A stretch of DNA of 59,781 nt from a virus (lineage: Duplodnaviria; Caudoviricetes). The notes under the pieces were generated by a model. That model did not search any database. It worked only from the letters and a program-made list of their open reading frames with translations, and was not told the DNA's origin. Of the stretch, positions 50,413 to 58,805 are shown piece after piece. The translations under genes and the position numbers were made by a program. The stretch is from positions 1 to 59,781 of IMG/VR virus record IMGVR_UViG_3300009419_000837; one strand, written 5' to 3'. Each line of letters opens with the position of its first letter. Within the stretch, counting starts at the first letter, position 1.

Positions 50413-50721
50413 CTACTTGCGTGACTCGCCCTTAATAAGGCCTCTGCCTACAGGTTTTGTAACCTTCTTGGCAATCTTCTTTTCTTCTTTTTCTTTCTTT
50501 TCTTCTACGTAGTCTCTATTACGAGGATCAATATCCTTTTTTGAAGTTACGTATTTTCCACCCATTTGATTATATTTAGTATGGATCCAGTGACCTTTTG
50601 ATGGAGACTCTTTTGAGAACCGAGCGGAGGCTTGCACTCGAACCATGTTGTAAAGGCGTGGGTTAGCGGGGATCTGTTTAGGACCTTCTTGAACCGCTTT
50701 ACCTTGGATGTATGCCATCAA
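50413..50721 (-). CDS. Basic hypothetical protein
   Basis: PANPRLY...Y..MGGKY; AAGGA SD. Confidence 0.7.
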   Translation of the reverse strand: MMAYIQGKAVQEGPKQIPANPRLYNMVRVQASARFSKESPSKGHWIHTKYNQMGGKYVTSKKDIDPRNRDYVEEKKEKEEKKIAKKVTKPVGRGLIKGESRK

Positions 50722-50734
50722 TAATCCTTTTTAG

Positions 50735-50774
50735 AAAAGCCCCACCAGTCCTATTGCTAGGACGGTGGGGAGCT
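50735..50774 (-). terminator. Intrinsic terminator
   Basis: CCCCACC-GTCCTAGCAATAGGAC-TGGTGGGG-CTTTT. Confidence 0.75.
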
Positions 50775-50784
50775 AATCTGATTT

Positions 50785-51183
50785 TTAGTCGTGTACTACT
50801 GCTGGGTTAGCGGCTTCTTGGTGCGCTCCGCTACGGAACTCACGCTCGAACTCGTTTGCACCGTGATCAGCAAATGCACCCTTTGAGAACTCACCGAGAT
50901 GGTCTGGTGCTTCTACCCAAGCTGCAGAACCGACGTGAGCGCGTTCACGCATTGTCTCTTCAGCAGTCTTAGTGAATACATTAGCGTTGCGGTTAGGACG
51001 GCCAGCTGCAGGCTGATATCCCTGCATAGCGCCCTTTGAGAATTCCTGTGGAACATCAGTATCGGTTGCGATACCTTCTTCGAAGCGAAGTGGTCCACGC
51101 TGTCCTGGAAGAGCCGCTGCATATTTACGATCGTAAACCTTGTCAGCAACTTCTGGGAACTTAGGGTTTGGTGAAATTGTCAT
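50785..51183 (-). CDS. Hypothetical protein (own promoter and terminator)
   Basis: Strong TAAGGAG SD; GPLRFEEGIATDTDVP...ERAHVGSAAWVEAP. Confidence 0.75.
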   Translation of the reverse strand: MTISPNPKFPEVADKVYDRKYAAALPGQRGPLRFEEGIATDTDVPQEFSKGAMQGYQPAAGRPNRNANVFTKTAEETMRERAHVGSAAWVEAPDHLGEFSKGAFADHGANEFEREFRSGAHQEAANPAVVHD

Positions 51184-51262
51184 TTATGACTCCTTATATA
51201 AGGTTGAGGCCTCGGTTTAAAGTATCCATCAGTACCAGAAAAATCTCATAGTAAAGTCGAAA

Positions 51263-52846
51263 TTATCTTCCATAGAATGGGGAAGAAGACATCTCCGCCT
51301 GAACCATAGTTAAGTCCATGGTAAGGGCACAGGCAATGGCTAAACTGTCCGCGTAGTCATCATGGGCGTGGGCTTCCTCTGGCGCATGGGCTAGGAAGTT
51401 AGGTCCCTGAAACTTAGTTTCTAGGTCAGTCATTTGTTGGTAAAAGCGCTTCCACGAACGAAGTCTGCGGGTTTTTGCATGTGCAGGCCACCCGACCATA
51501 CGACGGTCAATTAAGGCTTTTAAGTGCTTCCAACGCTTAGATTGTTCTTGCTGGCTACTGCCGATTGAATGAACCTCGGCTCTAGGTAGCAGGAGCTTAA
51601 GGCGTTGCGCCACAGCATCGCCTACTCCATTTGCATCTACACCTACGGCTAGTACATCGTAGTTCTGTAAGAAGTTAACGATCTGGAAGTACTGATCTTC
51701 CCAGTCATCTCCTTGAATTTCTAACCAGTTCAAAACTCGGTGGTCGTAGTAACCAAACTCATCTGGTCTATCCCAGTCAACCCATACAACCGTTACGACC
51801 GTTGAGTCCATCTTACGAGCAGGGTCAATTCCAACAACCACTGGTGTTCTGTGCCACGCCTTAACAGTCTCTTGAGAAGTGTCTCCGAGCTCGTCCATGA
51901 TTGCAGAGGTTACGAACATTCCTCGTTCAAGCAACCACTTGTTAGAGTACGACATCTGGAACTCATCGGAGTCCTCACCGATGCGTAGCATTTCTTTCTT
52001 AATAAACTTTGCGTAGTTGGTGTTGCACTTTGCAACGTCTCGCCAATCCCACTCAATGTGGTTTTGCTTAGACCCGCGCCCAGTTTGGCGTCTCTTGTTT
52101 AACTGAATGGATCGGTAGAAGTTATTCTTGTGCGTTGTGGGGGTACCAGTCTTAACCATCGTTCCCGAGTAGTAAGCAAGCATCGGAGAGATTGATTTAG
52201 ATACTACGAAGTCATCTGCCTCTTGGCACTCATCAATAACAATCAAATGGAAAGACTTAGATTCAATTTTTGCGCGAGGGTTTGCAGTCATCATTGTTAA
52301 AGTAGAACCAGAGTTCTTAAGTTTAATCTGACGAGTAACTCCAGCAACTTTTCCTAGGGAATCATCAATCTCTGGGTCACCTAAAATTTCTAAAGCACGG
52401 TCGCTAGTTAAACGCGTTACGGATCGACCGAATAAAGTTTCTACCTGTCCCTCAACTGGAGCAAACATACCTACCCATAAACCATTCTTAAACTTACCGA
52501 GTAAGTCTGGGTACATACGCGCTAGGCGTGGTAGTAGAACCATCAATGTAACAACTGTGTTTGCAACAGTTTCTGACTTACCTGACTGACGTGCAGCAAG
52601 GGCTGTAATTTCTTCACCGTCATTAATAAGAACTGACTCAATGATTCTTCGTGCCAAAGGCTTTTGATAAGGGTGCAGATCGTGACCTACAAGGGCTTCC
52701 ATGAACTGCATGGTTTTTTCTATAAGCTTGTCTACGAATTCCCGAGAGAGTTCGTCTAACCCGTCGTCCTCTTCTTCGGGCAGGCCGTTCTCGTCTTCCT
52801 CGTCATCAAGGATGTCTTCTTCGTCAATAAATTCAATATCGCTCAT
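51263..52846 (-). CDS. Terminase large subunit
   Basis: AARQSGKS, IVIDECQ, TGTP, VGIDPAR..DSTV, HDDYADS. Confidence 0.95.
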   Translation of the reverse strand: MSDIEFIDEEDILDDEEDENGLPEEEDDGLDELSREFVDKLIEKTMQFMEALVGHDLHPYQKPLARRIIESVLINDGEEITALAARQSGKSETVANTVVTLMVLLPRLARMYPDLLGKFKNGLWVGMFAPVEGQVETLFGRSVTRLTSDRALEILGDPEIDDSLGKVAGVTRQIKLKNSGSTLTMMTANPRAKIESKSFHLIVIDECQEADDFVVSKSISPMLAYYSGTMVKTGTPTTHKNNFYRSIQLNKRRQTGRGSKQNHIEWDWRDVAKCNTNYAKFIKKEMLRIGEDSDEFQMSYSNKWLLERGMFVTSAIMDELGDTSQETVKAWHRTPVVVGIDPARKMDSTVVTVVWVDWDRPDEFGYYDHRVLNWLEIQGDDWEDQYFQIVNFLQNYDVLAVGVDANGVGDAVAQRLKLLLPRAEVHSIGSSQQEQSKRWKHLKALIDRRMVGWPAHAKTRRLRSWKRFYQQMTDLETKFQGPNFLAHAPEEAHAHDDYADSLAIACALTMDLTMVQAEMSSSPFYGR

Positions 52847-52865
52847 GTCAACCTAAGTGTAGGAG

Positions 52866-52930
52866 AAAACACAAAGCCCTGGTTTTTATACCAGAGCTTT
52901 ATGTGCCGCACAGGGAGAAGGAAGTGAGGT
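52866..52930 (-). ncRNA. Candidate small RNA with a CU-rich 5' part and its own terminator
   Basis: TACACT -10 at 52937-52942, then ACCTCACTTCCTTCTCCC..., then the AAAGCTCTGGT-ATAAAA-ACCAGGGCTTT hairpin plus GTGTTTT; no ORF. Confidence 0.4.
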
Positions 52931-52965
52931 AGTAATAGTGTAGGGGAATTGTCGATAAAGTGTTT

Positions 52966-53205
52966 TTACGCTTTTGTCATTCTGGTATGAAGTTCGTCCA
53001 CAACCGCATGGATTGCCTCGGCACCAGTCAGCGCCTCACCTAAAAGGTAAGGGTCTCTGCTTCTTTCATACTGGCTTATACAGCGACCAAGATCTAGCAT
53101 GGCTTGATCTATCCACATAGTTAATTCACCTGTAGGTATCTTTTTAACCCTTTTAGCAATTTTTTCAGAGAAGGGTTTGTTCCAAACTTCTTTTTTCTTA
53201 AACAT
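52966..53205 (-). CDS. Hypothetical protein
   Basis: GAGGAG SD before ATG 53205. Confidence 0.65.
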   Translation of the reverse strand: MFKKKEVWNKPFSEKIAKRVKKIPTGELTMWIDQAMLDLGRCISQYERSRDPYLLGEALTGAEAIHAVVDELHTRMTKA

Positions 53206-53488
53206 TCCACTCCTCAATATCGTCTGGGGTAAGACCCATGTCTCTTATGCCAAGTGCCTTAGCCAGTCTATCTTCGGCTCCAGCCTCGTCGTATTCTGCC
53301 ACCTCTGAGCCTTTATGCCAAAAGCCAATATAAAATCCGGGGAGGGTTTTAGGGAAGCGGAAGACTAAGCAACTTCCTTTTCTAAATGGAAGTTCAGACT
53401 CTTGAGTCCATCCCTTTTCGATTACAGGGAGAAGGTTGCGGTGGTAGTACTGAAGTGTTCCTACGTATAGTGGTCCGTATGATTTCAT
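53198..53488 (-). CDS. Hypothetical protein
   Basis: TAATG-coupled. Confidence 0.65.
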   Translation of the reverse strand: MKSYGPLYVGTLQYYHRNLLPVIEKGWTQESELPFRKGSCLVFRFPKTLPGFYIGFWHKGSEVAEYDEAGAEDRLAKALGIRDMGLTPDDIEEWNV

Positions 53489-53928
53489 TAGCTGTTAAAT
53501 ATAACCCTTATCTCTGGCGGCATCCCTGAAGGATCGAAGGGTCCCATATTATCGTGAGTATCAAGACCTGAGTATTTCAAGAACTTACCTGTAGAGTCGC
53601 TAGCCTTTAGGTTAGTCCACATAGCAGGAGGGATTTCGTTGTACTCCCACCAAGTACCATCTCTAAACTTAACAACCAACTTTTGAGCCTCTTTGCTGTA
53701 CGCCAGTTTTAAGGCTCGTGGTCGAGCGGGATTAGTAGTTGGTGCAGGCTGGTTTCTAAATGTAATAGGCTCTTTTGCAGGCTCCATTTCCCAGTCAGTC
53801 CACTGGGAGTTTATGCGCTCATCAAAGCCAGTCTTTTCAGCCATACGCATGGCTATGTTGAACTTCTTATTAGCCTCGTCTTGGCGGTTTAACTCTGCAC
53901 GGCTGATGCCGTTTCTTGACCTAGCCAT
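53488..53928 (-). CDS. KTSC-domain protein
   Basis: AY...QKLVVKFRDG..WEYNEIP...W..L.ASDSTGKFL. Confidence 0.8.
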   Translation of the reverse strand: MARSRNGISRAELNRQDEANKKFNIAMRMAEKTGFDERINSQWTDWEMEPAKEPITFRNQPAPTTNPARPRALKLAYSKEAQKLVVKFRDGTWWEYNEIPPAMWTNLKASDSTGKFLKYSGLDTHDNMGPFDPSGMPPEIRVIFNS

Positions 53929-54191
53929 TATGCCTCACACTCGTGATCACCAGTTTTGTTCTCGCTAACTCTTGCGTTGCACAGAGAACAGATCATCACT
54001 CTAAAGCCTTTAAAATTATTTTGAGAAGTAGAGCCTGCCACAAAGTTACCGCCATCTTCAGCGTACTGTGGTTCGTAGTCAGAGACTACTGGCTTCTCGT
54101 TAAACAGTTCTCTAGGGAATGGTCCTTGTGGACTCATTACCGATTTAGGTACTGGGTGCGCTTGAAGCGCATCAACCCTTGTTATCTTCAT
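53928..54191 (-). CDS. Hypothetical protein with C-terminal zinc finger
   Basis: CSLC...HEC. Confidence 0.6.
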   Translation of the reverse strand: MKITRVDALQAHPVPKSVMSPQGPFPRELFNEKPVVSDYEPQYAEDGGNFVAGSTSQNNFKGFRVMICSLCNARVSENKTGDHECEA

Positions 54192-54417
54192 CTGAAACTT
54201 CTGGCTCTAGAACGACATCACTGTCTTCTGGCGCTGTGTCATCTTTCTTAGATGATTTCTTTTTAGTTTGTGTTGGAGCTTTAGGAAGGTCTAACTGCCC
54301 AGCCTGAGCACGTGCGTACAAACGTGTTGGTAAGCACTTACGGCAATAGAACACGGCGCTAACACCGGGTTCGTTTACTGTGTATAGGGCAGGGGATGGG
54401 CAGTTAGAGCACTTCAT
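54172..54417 (-). CDS. Small zinc-finger protein
   Basis: MKCSNC...YCRKCLP. Confidence 0.6.
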   Translation of the reverse strand: MKCSNCPSPALYTVNEPGVSAVFYCRKCLPTRLYARAQAGQLDLPKAPTQTKKKSSKKDDTAPEDSDVVLEPEVSDEDNKG

Positions 54418-54419
54418 AA

Positions 54420-54689
54420 TTACTTAGCCTTCTTCGCAGTCTTCTTCGCTGGAGCCTTGTCTGCTTCTGCAAGCTTAGCAAGAGCATCAGTTGCGACCTT
54501 TGCCGCAATACCGAAAGCTGGATCCTTAGGATTGATTGCGCGGATTGCTACTGGAAGAGTAGCTGAAAGCGCCGCGATAATTACAGACTTCACATCGTTG
54601 TTTCCAGTTGCGCTAACAGCGATTACTGCCGCACCGAATGAACGAGCGTAAGAGGCGAGCATCGCCTTATACTTTTTATTGATCTTCAT
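54420..54689 (-). CDS. Putative holin
   Basis: ASYARSF.AA, two hydrophobic segments, RAINPKD.AFG, basic tail. Confidence 0.7.
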   Translation of the reverse strand: MKINKKYKAMLASYARSFGAAVIAVSATGNNDVKSVIIAALSATLPVAIRAINPKDPAFGIAAKVATDALAKLAEADKAPAKKTAKKAK

Positions 54690-54738
54690 TGTTCTCCTTA
54701 TGTAGCGGGTCAGTGACCCTGCTAATAGTGTAGCAGTA

Positions 54739-54975
54739 TTACTTATCGCCTTCTTTGAGATGCTGATCTAGGCGACCCTTCATCTCGGCAACGTCTGCTT
54801 TAATCTCACCTAATAGAGGCAGAATCTCAAGCCTGATCTTGTCAGATAGGCTGTCCCCACCATTAGGCTTTAGTTCGCTTAAAAATGATTTAACGATCCA
54901 CCGGGTAAACATACCTACCCCCGTAAGAGTTGCGGTAACAGCGGCGGCAAAACCTGCCCAATCAAGTGCGCTCAT
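54739..54975 (-). CDS. Single-pass membrane protein (lysis-region type)
   Basis: N-terminal TM segment, ELKPNGGDSL.D, coiled coil. Confidence 0.7.
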   Translation of the reverse strand: MSALDWAGFAAAVTATLTGVGMFTRWIVKSFLSELKPNGGDSLSDKIRLEILPLLGEIKADVAEMKGRLDQHLKEGDK

Positions 54976-55192
54976 TTAAGAATCTCATCCTAATGTAGTC
55001 GGGGATACCAGATGTGTGAGTTACATCACATTTACATAACCTATTTATACTGTATGGCTCTTTAAATTGTCTACTTATATACAAATAAATAAAAGTTTGA
55101 GTTCAATTTGCTATTCGTGTGTAACTCTGTGATACCGTAGGAAATGACAGAGGCGCTCACAAGGCGCCTTTTGCCAACTGAGAGGAGCAGAA

Positions 55193-55732
55193 ATGCTTAA
55201 TATCAGAATCAACTTCCAAGTTGATCTAAAGAAAGTAGGAGCGGTATGGATGACAATGTTCTTAATGTTCTCCCATCTAGTGGTTCCACCAACGGCTGCG
55301 GCGCTAACTGTGCCTGCACCTGCGGAGAAGCCGATAACGGTGAGCCTGACCTACTTGAAGGTAACAACGACTAAAACAGCAGCCAAGGCCGCCTTGGCAA
55401 GTGACACCGTCAAATACTTTGACGCTGAAGCGCTCGCTTTCTTAACAGTTTACGCAAGTGACTGGCCTATGAAAGAGTGGAAGTGTCTCCGAGCCATCTG
55501 GGATCGAGAGAGCAACTTCAACCCTAAAGCAGAGAACAAGAGCTCTGGCGCATATGGAATTGCCCAGTTCATGCCATCTACTTGGGGTAACTACAAAGTA
55601 GAAAAGACAGCTGAAGCCAAGCTTCAGATTAAATACGGACTTCGCTATATCTTTAAGCGGTATGGCTCAGAAAACGATCCGCATGGCGCATGCAACGCGT
55701 GGGCCTTCTGGCAAAAAAATAAGTGGTACTAA
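55193..55732 (+). CDS. Secreted/anchored lytic transglycosylase (SLT / Rpf-like lysozyme fold)
   Basis: Hydrophobic N-terminus with AAA; CL..IW.RESNFNP.A.N.SSGAYGIAQF; QI.YGL.YI..RYG. Confidence 0.88.
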   Translation: MLNIRINFQVDLKKVGAVWMTMFLMFSHLVVPPTAAALTVPAPAEKPITVSLTYLKVTTTKTAAKAALASDTVKYFDAEALAFLTVYASDWPMKEWKCLRAIWDRESNFNPKAENKSSGAYGIAQFMPSTWGNYKVEKTAEAKLQIKYGLRYIFKRYGSENDPHGACNAWAFWQKNKWY

Positions 55733-55773
55733 AGCAAAAAGCCCCCTGCTATATGCAGGGGGCTTTTTTGTTT
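55731..55773. terminator. Bidirectional intrinsic terminator
   Basis: AAAAAGCCCCCTGC-TATAT-GCAGGGGGCTTTTT between convergent genes. Confidence 0.9.
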
Positions 55774-55778
55774 AACTA

Positions 55779-56615
55779 TCAGTCTGTGTTAAGTACGCGG
55801 ATGTCAACAGTAGTTTCTACGTCAACAATGCTTCCCGCAGCTGTGTCCTGTGCAACGATAAAGCGGTTAGAAGAGTTAACCCATGCAAATCCTGATGCAC
55901 CAGATTGAACATCAAGTTCTGGGTCATAGGCTGTAGGAACCTCAAATCGAACTGCGTCCGGGTCTGTAACTTCTACAATCTTTACGTTAGACCAAGTTCC
56001 ACTAAACCCATCCCCATCGTTGTAGTCAATGTTAATAACATCCCCTACAAGAAGCTCATGGTTTTCTGTAAACTGAACGGTTACAAAGTTGTCTTGGCTA
56101 TAGAATGAATTAACGTCGTAGTTTACGTAAGTACGGTTGTAGTTAAGGTTTGCTGCCAAGAGCAGGTTCTGTCCCGGAGTACGGAGCATTCCGCGAACGT
56201 TAGGGACAACAGTCTCTAGGCCAGCGTCTCCATCGCCTGCGTAGTTCTCAATGTAGCCAGGGAAGTTTGAGTAACCAGTTGTAGCGATTGTGTGGCTATC
56301 TGCTGGTGTACGAACAACAGCATCAAAGAGATCCTGCCATGCTTCAGTGTAGTTGTAAGGCGTTGTCTGTAGGGTGTCGCTTGAAATTGTCCAAGTGCTA
56401 TCCCAGCCTACATCGCCATTACCGCCACCAAATGAGGTGTAGGTGTCTGTGCGATCATCGTTTGGCTGCATTGGGATATTTCCCCATACGCGATCTACTT
56501 GAACGTTGCCAGTTACAGTGCCTTCACCCGTTGGGTACCAGCCTGAACGAAGAACACCGTTCTCATCAGTAAAGACTTGGAAAGACTTTTCTTCCCACTC
56601 TTCTCTATATGTCAT
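55779..56615 (-). CDS. Paralog 1: novel N-terminal domain plus split PASTA domain
   Basis: GNVQVDRVWGNIPMQPNDDR...DSHTIATTGYSNFP; VPNVRGM...[insert]...IVAQDTAAGSIV. Confidence 0.8.
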   Translation of the reverse strand: MTYREEWEEKSFQVFTDENGVLRSGWYPTGEGTVTGNVQVDRVWGNIPMQPNDDRTDTYTSFGGGNGDVGWDSTWTISSDTLQTTPYNYTEAWQDLFDAVVRTPADSHTIATTGYSNFPGYIENYAGDGDAGLETVVPNVRGMLRTPGQNLLLAANLNYNRTYVNYDVNSFYSQDNFVTVQFTENHELLVGDVINIDYNDGDGFSGTWSNVKIVEVTDPDAVRFEVPTAYDPELDVQSGASGFAWVNSSNRFIVAQDTAAGSIVDVETTVDIRVLNTD

Positions 56616-56663
56616 TTCTTTCCTATCTATAGATTGGTTAAGACCCTTACGTCTAAGGGAATG

Positions 56664-57698
56664 TTAAACGTTCTTTGTCCAGGTTCCGCCATTGCCTGTA
56701 GTGTTGGTTGATACTGTGATGTTACGGATAACTACCTTAGTTCCACCAGTGTTGTAAGCATCATCATTTACTACTGAGATTACTTCCCAGTTGCCGTTGT
56801 AGTCAGTTCCGCCATTGCCAGCGATGTTAATGCTCCAACCGACAGCAGGCTTAATTGTGCGACCTAGTAGGAACATGTTGTAATCTCCAGCAGGCAATCC
56901 TGAGTCAAATACAATTGCTTGAATAGAGCCTGTTACATGAATGTGGTTGTACATCACATAGGCTACGGTGCTTCCTGGAGCAACAATTGTTCCAGCGGCA
57001 ACAGCCTGTGACTTAACTGTTCCATTGTTTAATAAAGTTGCGCCATCGCTAGACAAGCTAGCTGAGCCTACAAGTCCAACGGCTGTTAATGCGTTACCAA
57101 TCTGAATTGTGTTCATTCCAAGAAGGTTAGGAACAGCCACACCTGCTTGGAAATAGGTTGCAGTTACAGTGCTTCCATCGTTTACTATTGTTCCAGCGGC
57201 TGGATTTTGAAGTTTAAATGTTCCATCGTTATCTTCAGTCGCTCCACTGGTTGAGTTGGCTCTTACAAAAGAAAGCCCTAGGCTTTCAATAAGTGCTTCA
57301 GCGGCTGTATCGGTTAGAGAACGAAGATCTGGAACTGCAAGTTCAAATTCGATATCCCCATCGCCTGAATAGTCAGGGATATACGCTGGGAAGTTGTTGT
57401 AGCCCGTCTTAATAATGTCGTGAGTTGAAGGTACTACTACTAGACGCTCAGTTACATCGTCCCAAGAAGCGCCAGCGCCATCTTTATCGCCTACTGAAAG
57501 ACCTTGATCGTATGTAGTGTTAAGCGTGTCGCTAGTTGCTCCTTGTGAAGGCGCTGTCCAACCACGGTCTCCCGGCTGGTTGTAGTTATTATTCCAGTCC
57601 GCACCATCATCTGTGCGTTGTTCATCTGGTTGCATTGGGACGTTGCCCCATACAAAATCTACACGGATGTTTCCGTTGTCATCTAATGGATATGGCAT
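56664..57698 (-). CDS. Paralog 2: novel N-terminal domain plus two PASTA domains
   Basis: GNIRVDFVWGNVPMQPDEQR...HDIIKTGYNNFP; VPDLRSL...QNPAAGTIV; VPNLLGM...GTVKSQAVAAGTIV. Confidence 0.85.
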   Translation of the reverse strand: MPYPLDDNGNIRVDFVWGNVPMQPDEQRTDDGADWNNNYNQPGDRGWTAPSQGATSDTLNTTYDQGLSVGDKDGAGASWDDVTERLVVVPSTHDIIKTGYNNFPAYIPDYSGDGDIEFELAVPDLRSLTDTAAEALIESLGLSFVRANSTSGATEDNDGTFKLQNPAAGTIVNDGSTVTATYFQAGVAVPNLLGMNTIQIGNALTAVGLVGSASLSSDGATLLNNGTVKSQAVAAGTIVAPGSTVAYVMYNHIHVTGSIQAIVFDSGLPAGDYNMFLLGRTIKPAVGWSINIAGNGGTDYNGNWEVISVVNDDAYNTGGTKVVIRNITVSTNTTGNGGTWTKNV

Positions 57699-57823
57699 TA
57701 TCGGCCCCTTGTCTTAGTTACTTCTACGGTTACTTTAGAGCCACCGTTTTTTAATGCCTTAAGTGCATCAATAGCAGAAACGTTAGTCTCTACTCCTTCT
57801 TCGCTTTTTACTTTGATTTCCAT
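57698..57823 (-). CDS. Small hypothetical protein (41 aa; MEIKVKSEEGVETNVSAIDALKALK...)
   Basis: Manually translated. Fills the gap; TAATG coupling to paralog 2. Confidence 0.6.
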   Translation of the reverse strand: MEIKVKSEEGVETNVSAIDALKALKNGGSKVTVEVTKTRGR

Positions 57824-57825
57824 TA

Positions 57826-58764
57826 TTACCACCATCCAGCGTTATTTTTGCGAGAGTCATTAGAAAAAACAACTACCATGTAGTCTTCCGCCATGCCATC
57901 AGCGCTAAGGATGTCTCCTGCGTCAAACGCAAGAGAAGCAGCGATTACGCCGTCTAGGTCTGAGCCGTAGACAGGCACACCTTGAATATCATCGTAGATA
58001 TAAACATCTGCTGGAATGTAGCTGTAAAGAACACATCCGTCCTCGTTGTAGGTTCCAGACTCGTCCCACTCATCTTCAACTTCGCCTGAGAAGGTTGCAT
58101 CTCTAAAGAAAGCTGGGTTTACGCCCATTGAACGTAGGTAGTCGAAGTAATGCGTAACTTTAGCCTCTTCAAGTGAGGCATTGTTAAACAAGCCAACTCG
58201 TGGAGCGTAGTACTCTTCTCCGTTTTCAAGAACCATACCTGTCCAAGGCTCATTAACAACATCTACTCGGCCATAATAAAGACCAGTTAATTCACCTGTA
58301 GAAAGCTCATCAGAAATTCTAAATTTTGTTGCATCTGCGTAGAGTACTTCTCTGTTACTAGTGTTGAAGTTTTTGGTAAGGTCATCGCATCCAGTGATGG
58401 TTACGAAGTCTCCAACTTGAAGGTTATTTTGCGATGTGTACTCATAATCATCGCCACCTAGATACTTAACAGCGGTCACCTTATAGTTGCGGGAACCGGC
58501 TGTTGGACCATCCTTAAGTGGGTATGCGTTCCACTCAGTGGCAGCAATCTTGTGGCTATCTAGAACGCCAAGCTTCTGTGAAAGAAACATTCCAGCGCGG
58601 TCTTCATCTGGCTGAATAGGGAAGGTACCGAACGCGAAGTCAATTGCTACGTTACCGTCAACAAGACCTTCACCAGTTGGGTAGTATCCAGAGCGAATAG
58701 TTCCGCCCATGTCTTCAAATACTTGGAAAGATACTTCTTCCCATTGTTCTCTATCGTACGGCAT
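57826..58764 (-). CDS. Paralog 3: novel N-terminal domain, beta-module and acidic C-terminal domain
   Basis: REQWEEVSFQVF...RSGYYPTGEGLVDGNVAIDFAFGTFPIQPDEDR...DSHKIAATEWNAYP. Confidence 0.8.
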   Translation of the reverse strand: MPYDREQWEEVSFQVFEDMGGTIRSGYYPTGEGLVDGNVAIDFAFGTFPIQPDEDRAGMFLSQKLGVLDSHKIAATEWNAYPLKDGPTAGSRNYKVTAVKYLGGDDYEYTSQNNLQVGDFVTITGCDDLTKNFNTSNREVLYADATKFRISDELSTGELTGLYYGRVDVVNEPWTGMVLENGEEYYAPRVGLFNNASLEEAKVTHYFDYLRSMGVNPAFFRDATFSGEVEDEWDESGTYNEDGCVLYSYIPADVYIYDDIQGVPVYGSDLDGVIAASLAFDAGDILSADGMAEDYMVVVFSNDSRKNNAGWW

Positions 58765-58805
58765 GGCTGCCCTCTCTTACTAGGTGTCTCTAGTATCCAA
58801 GAGGA

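Noticed and set aside
55140-55192. c-di-AMP (ydaO) riboswitch ahead of the Rpf-like gene
   Set aside because: The leader is too short and I could not recognise the consensus; only a simple hairpin is supported.
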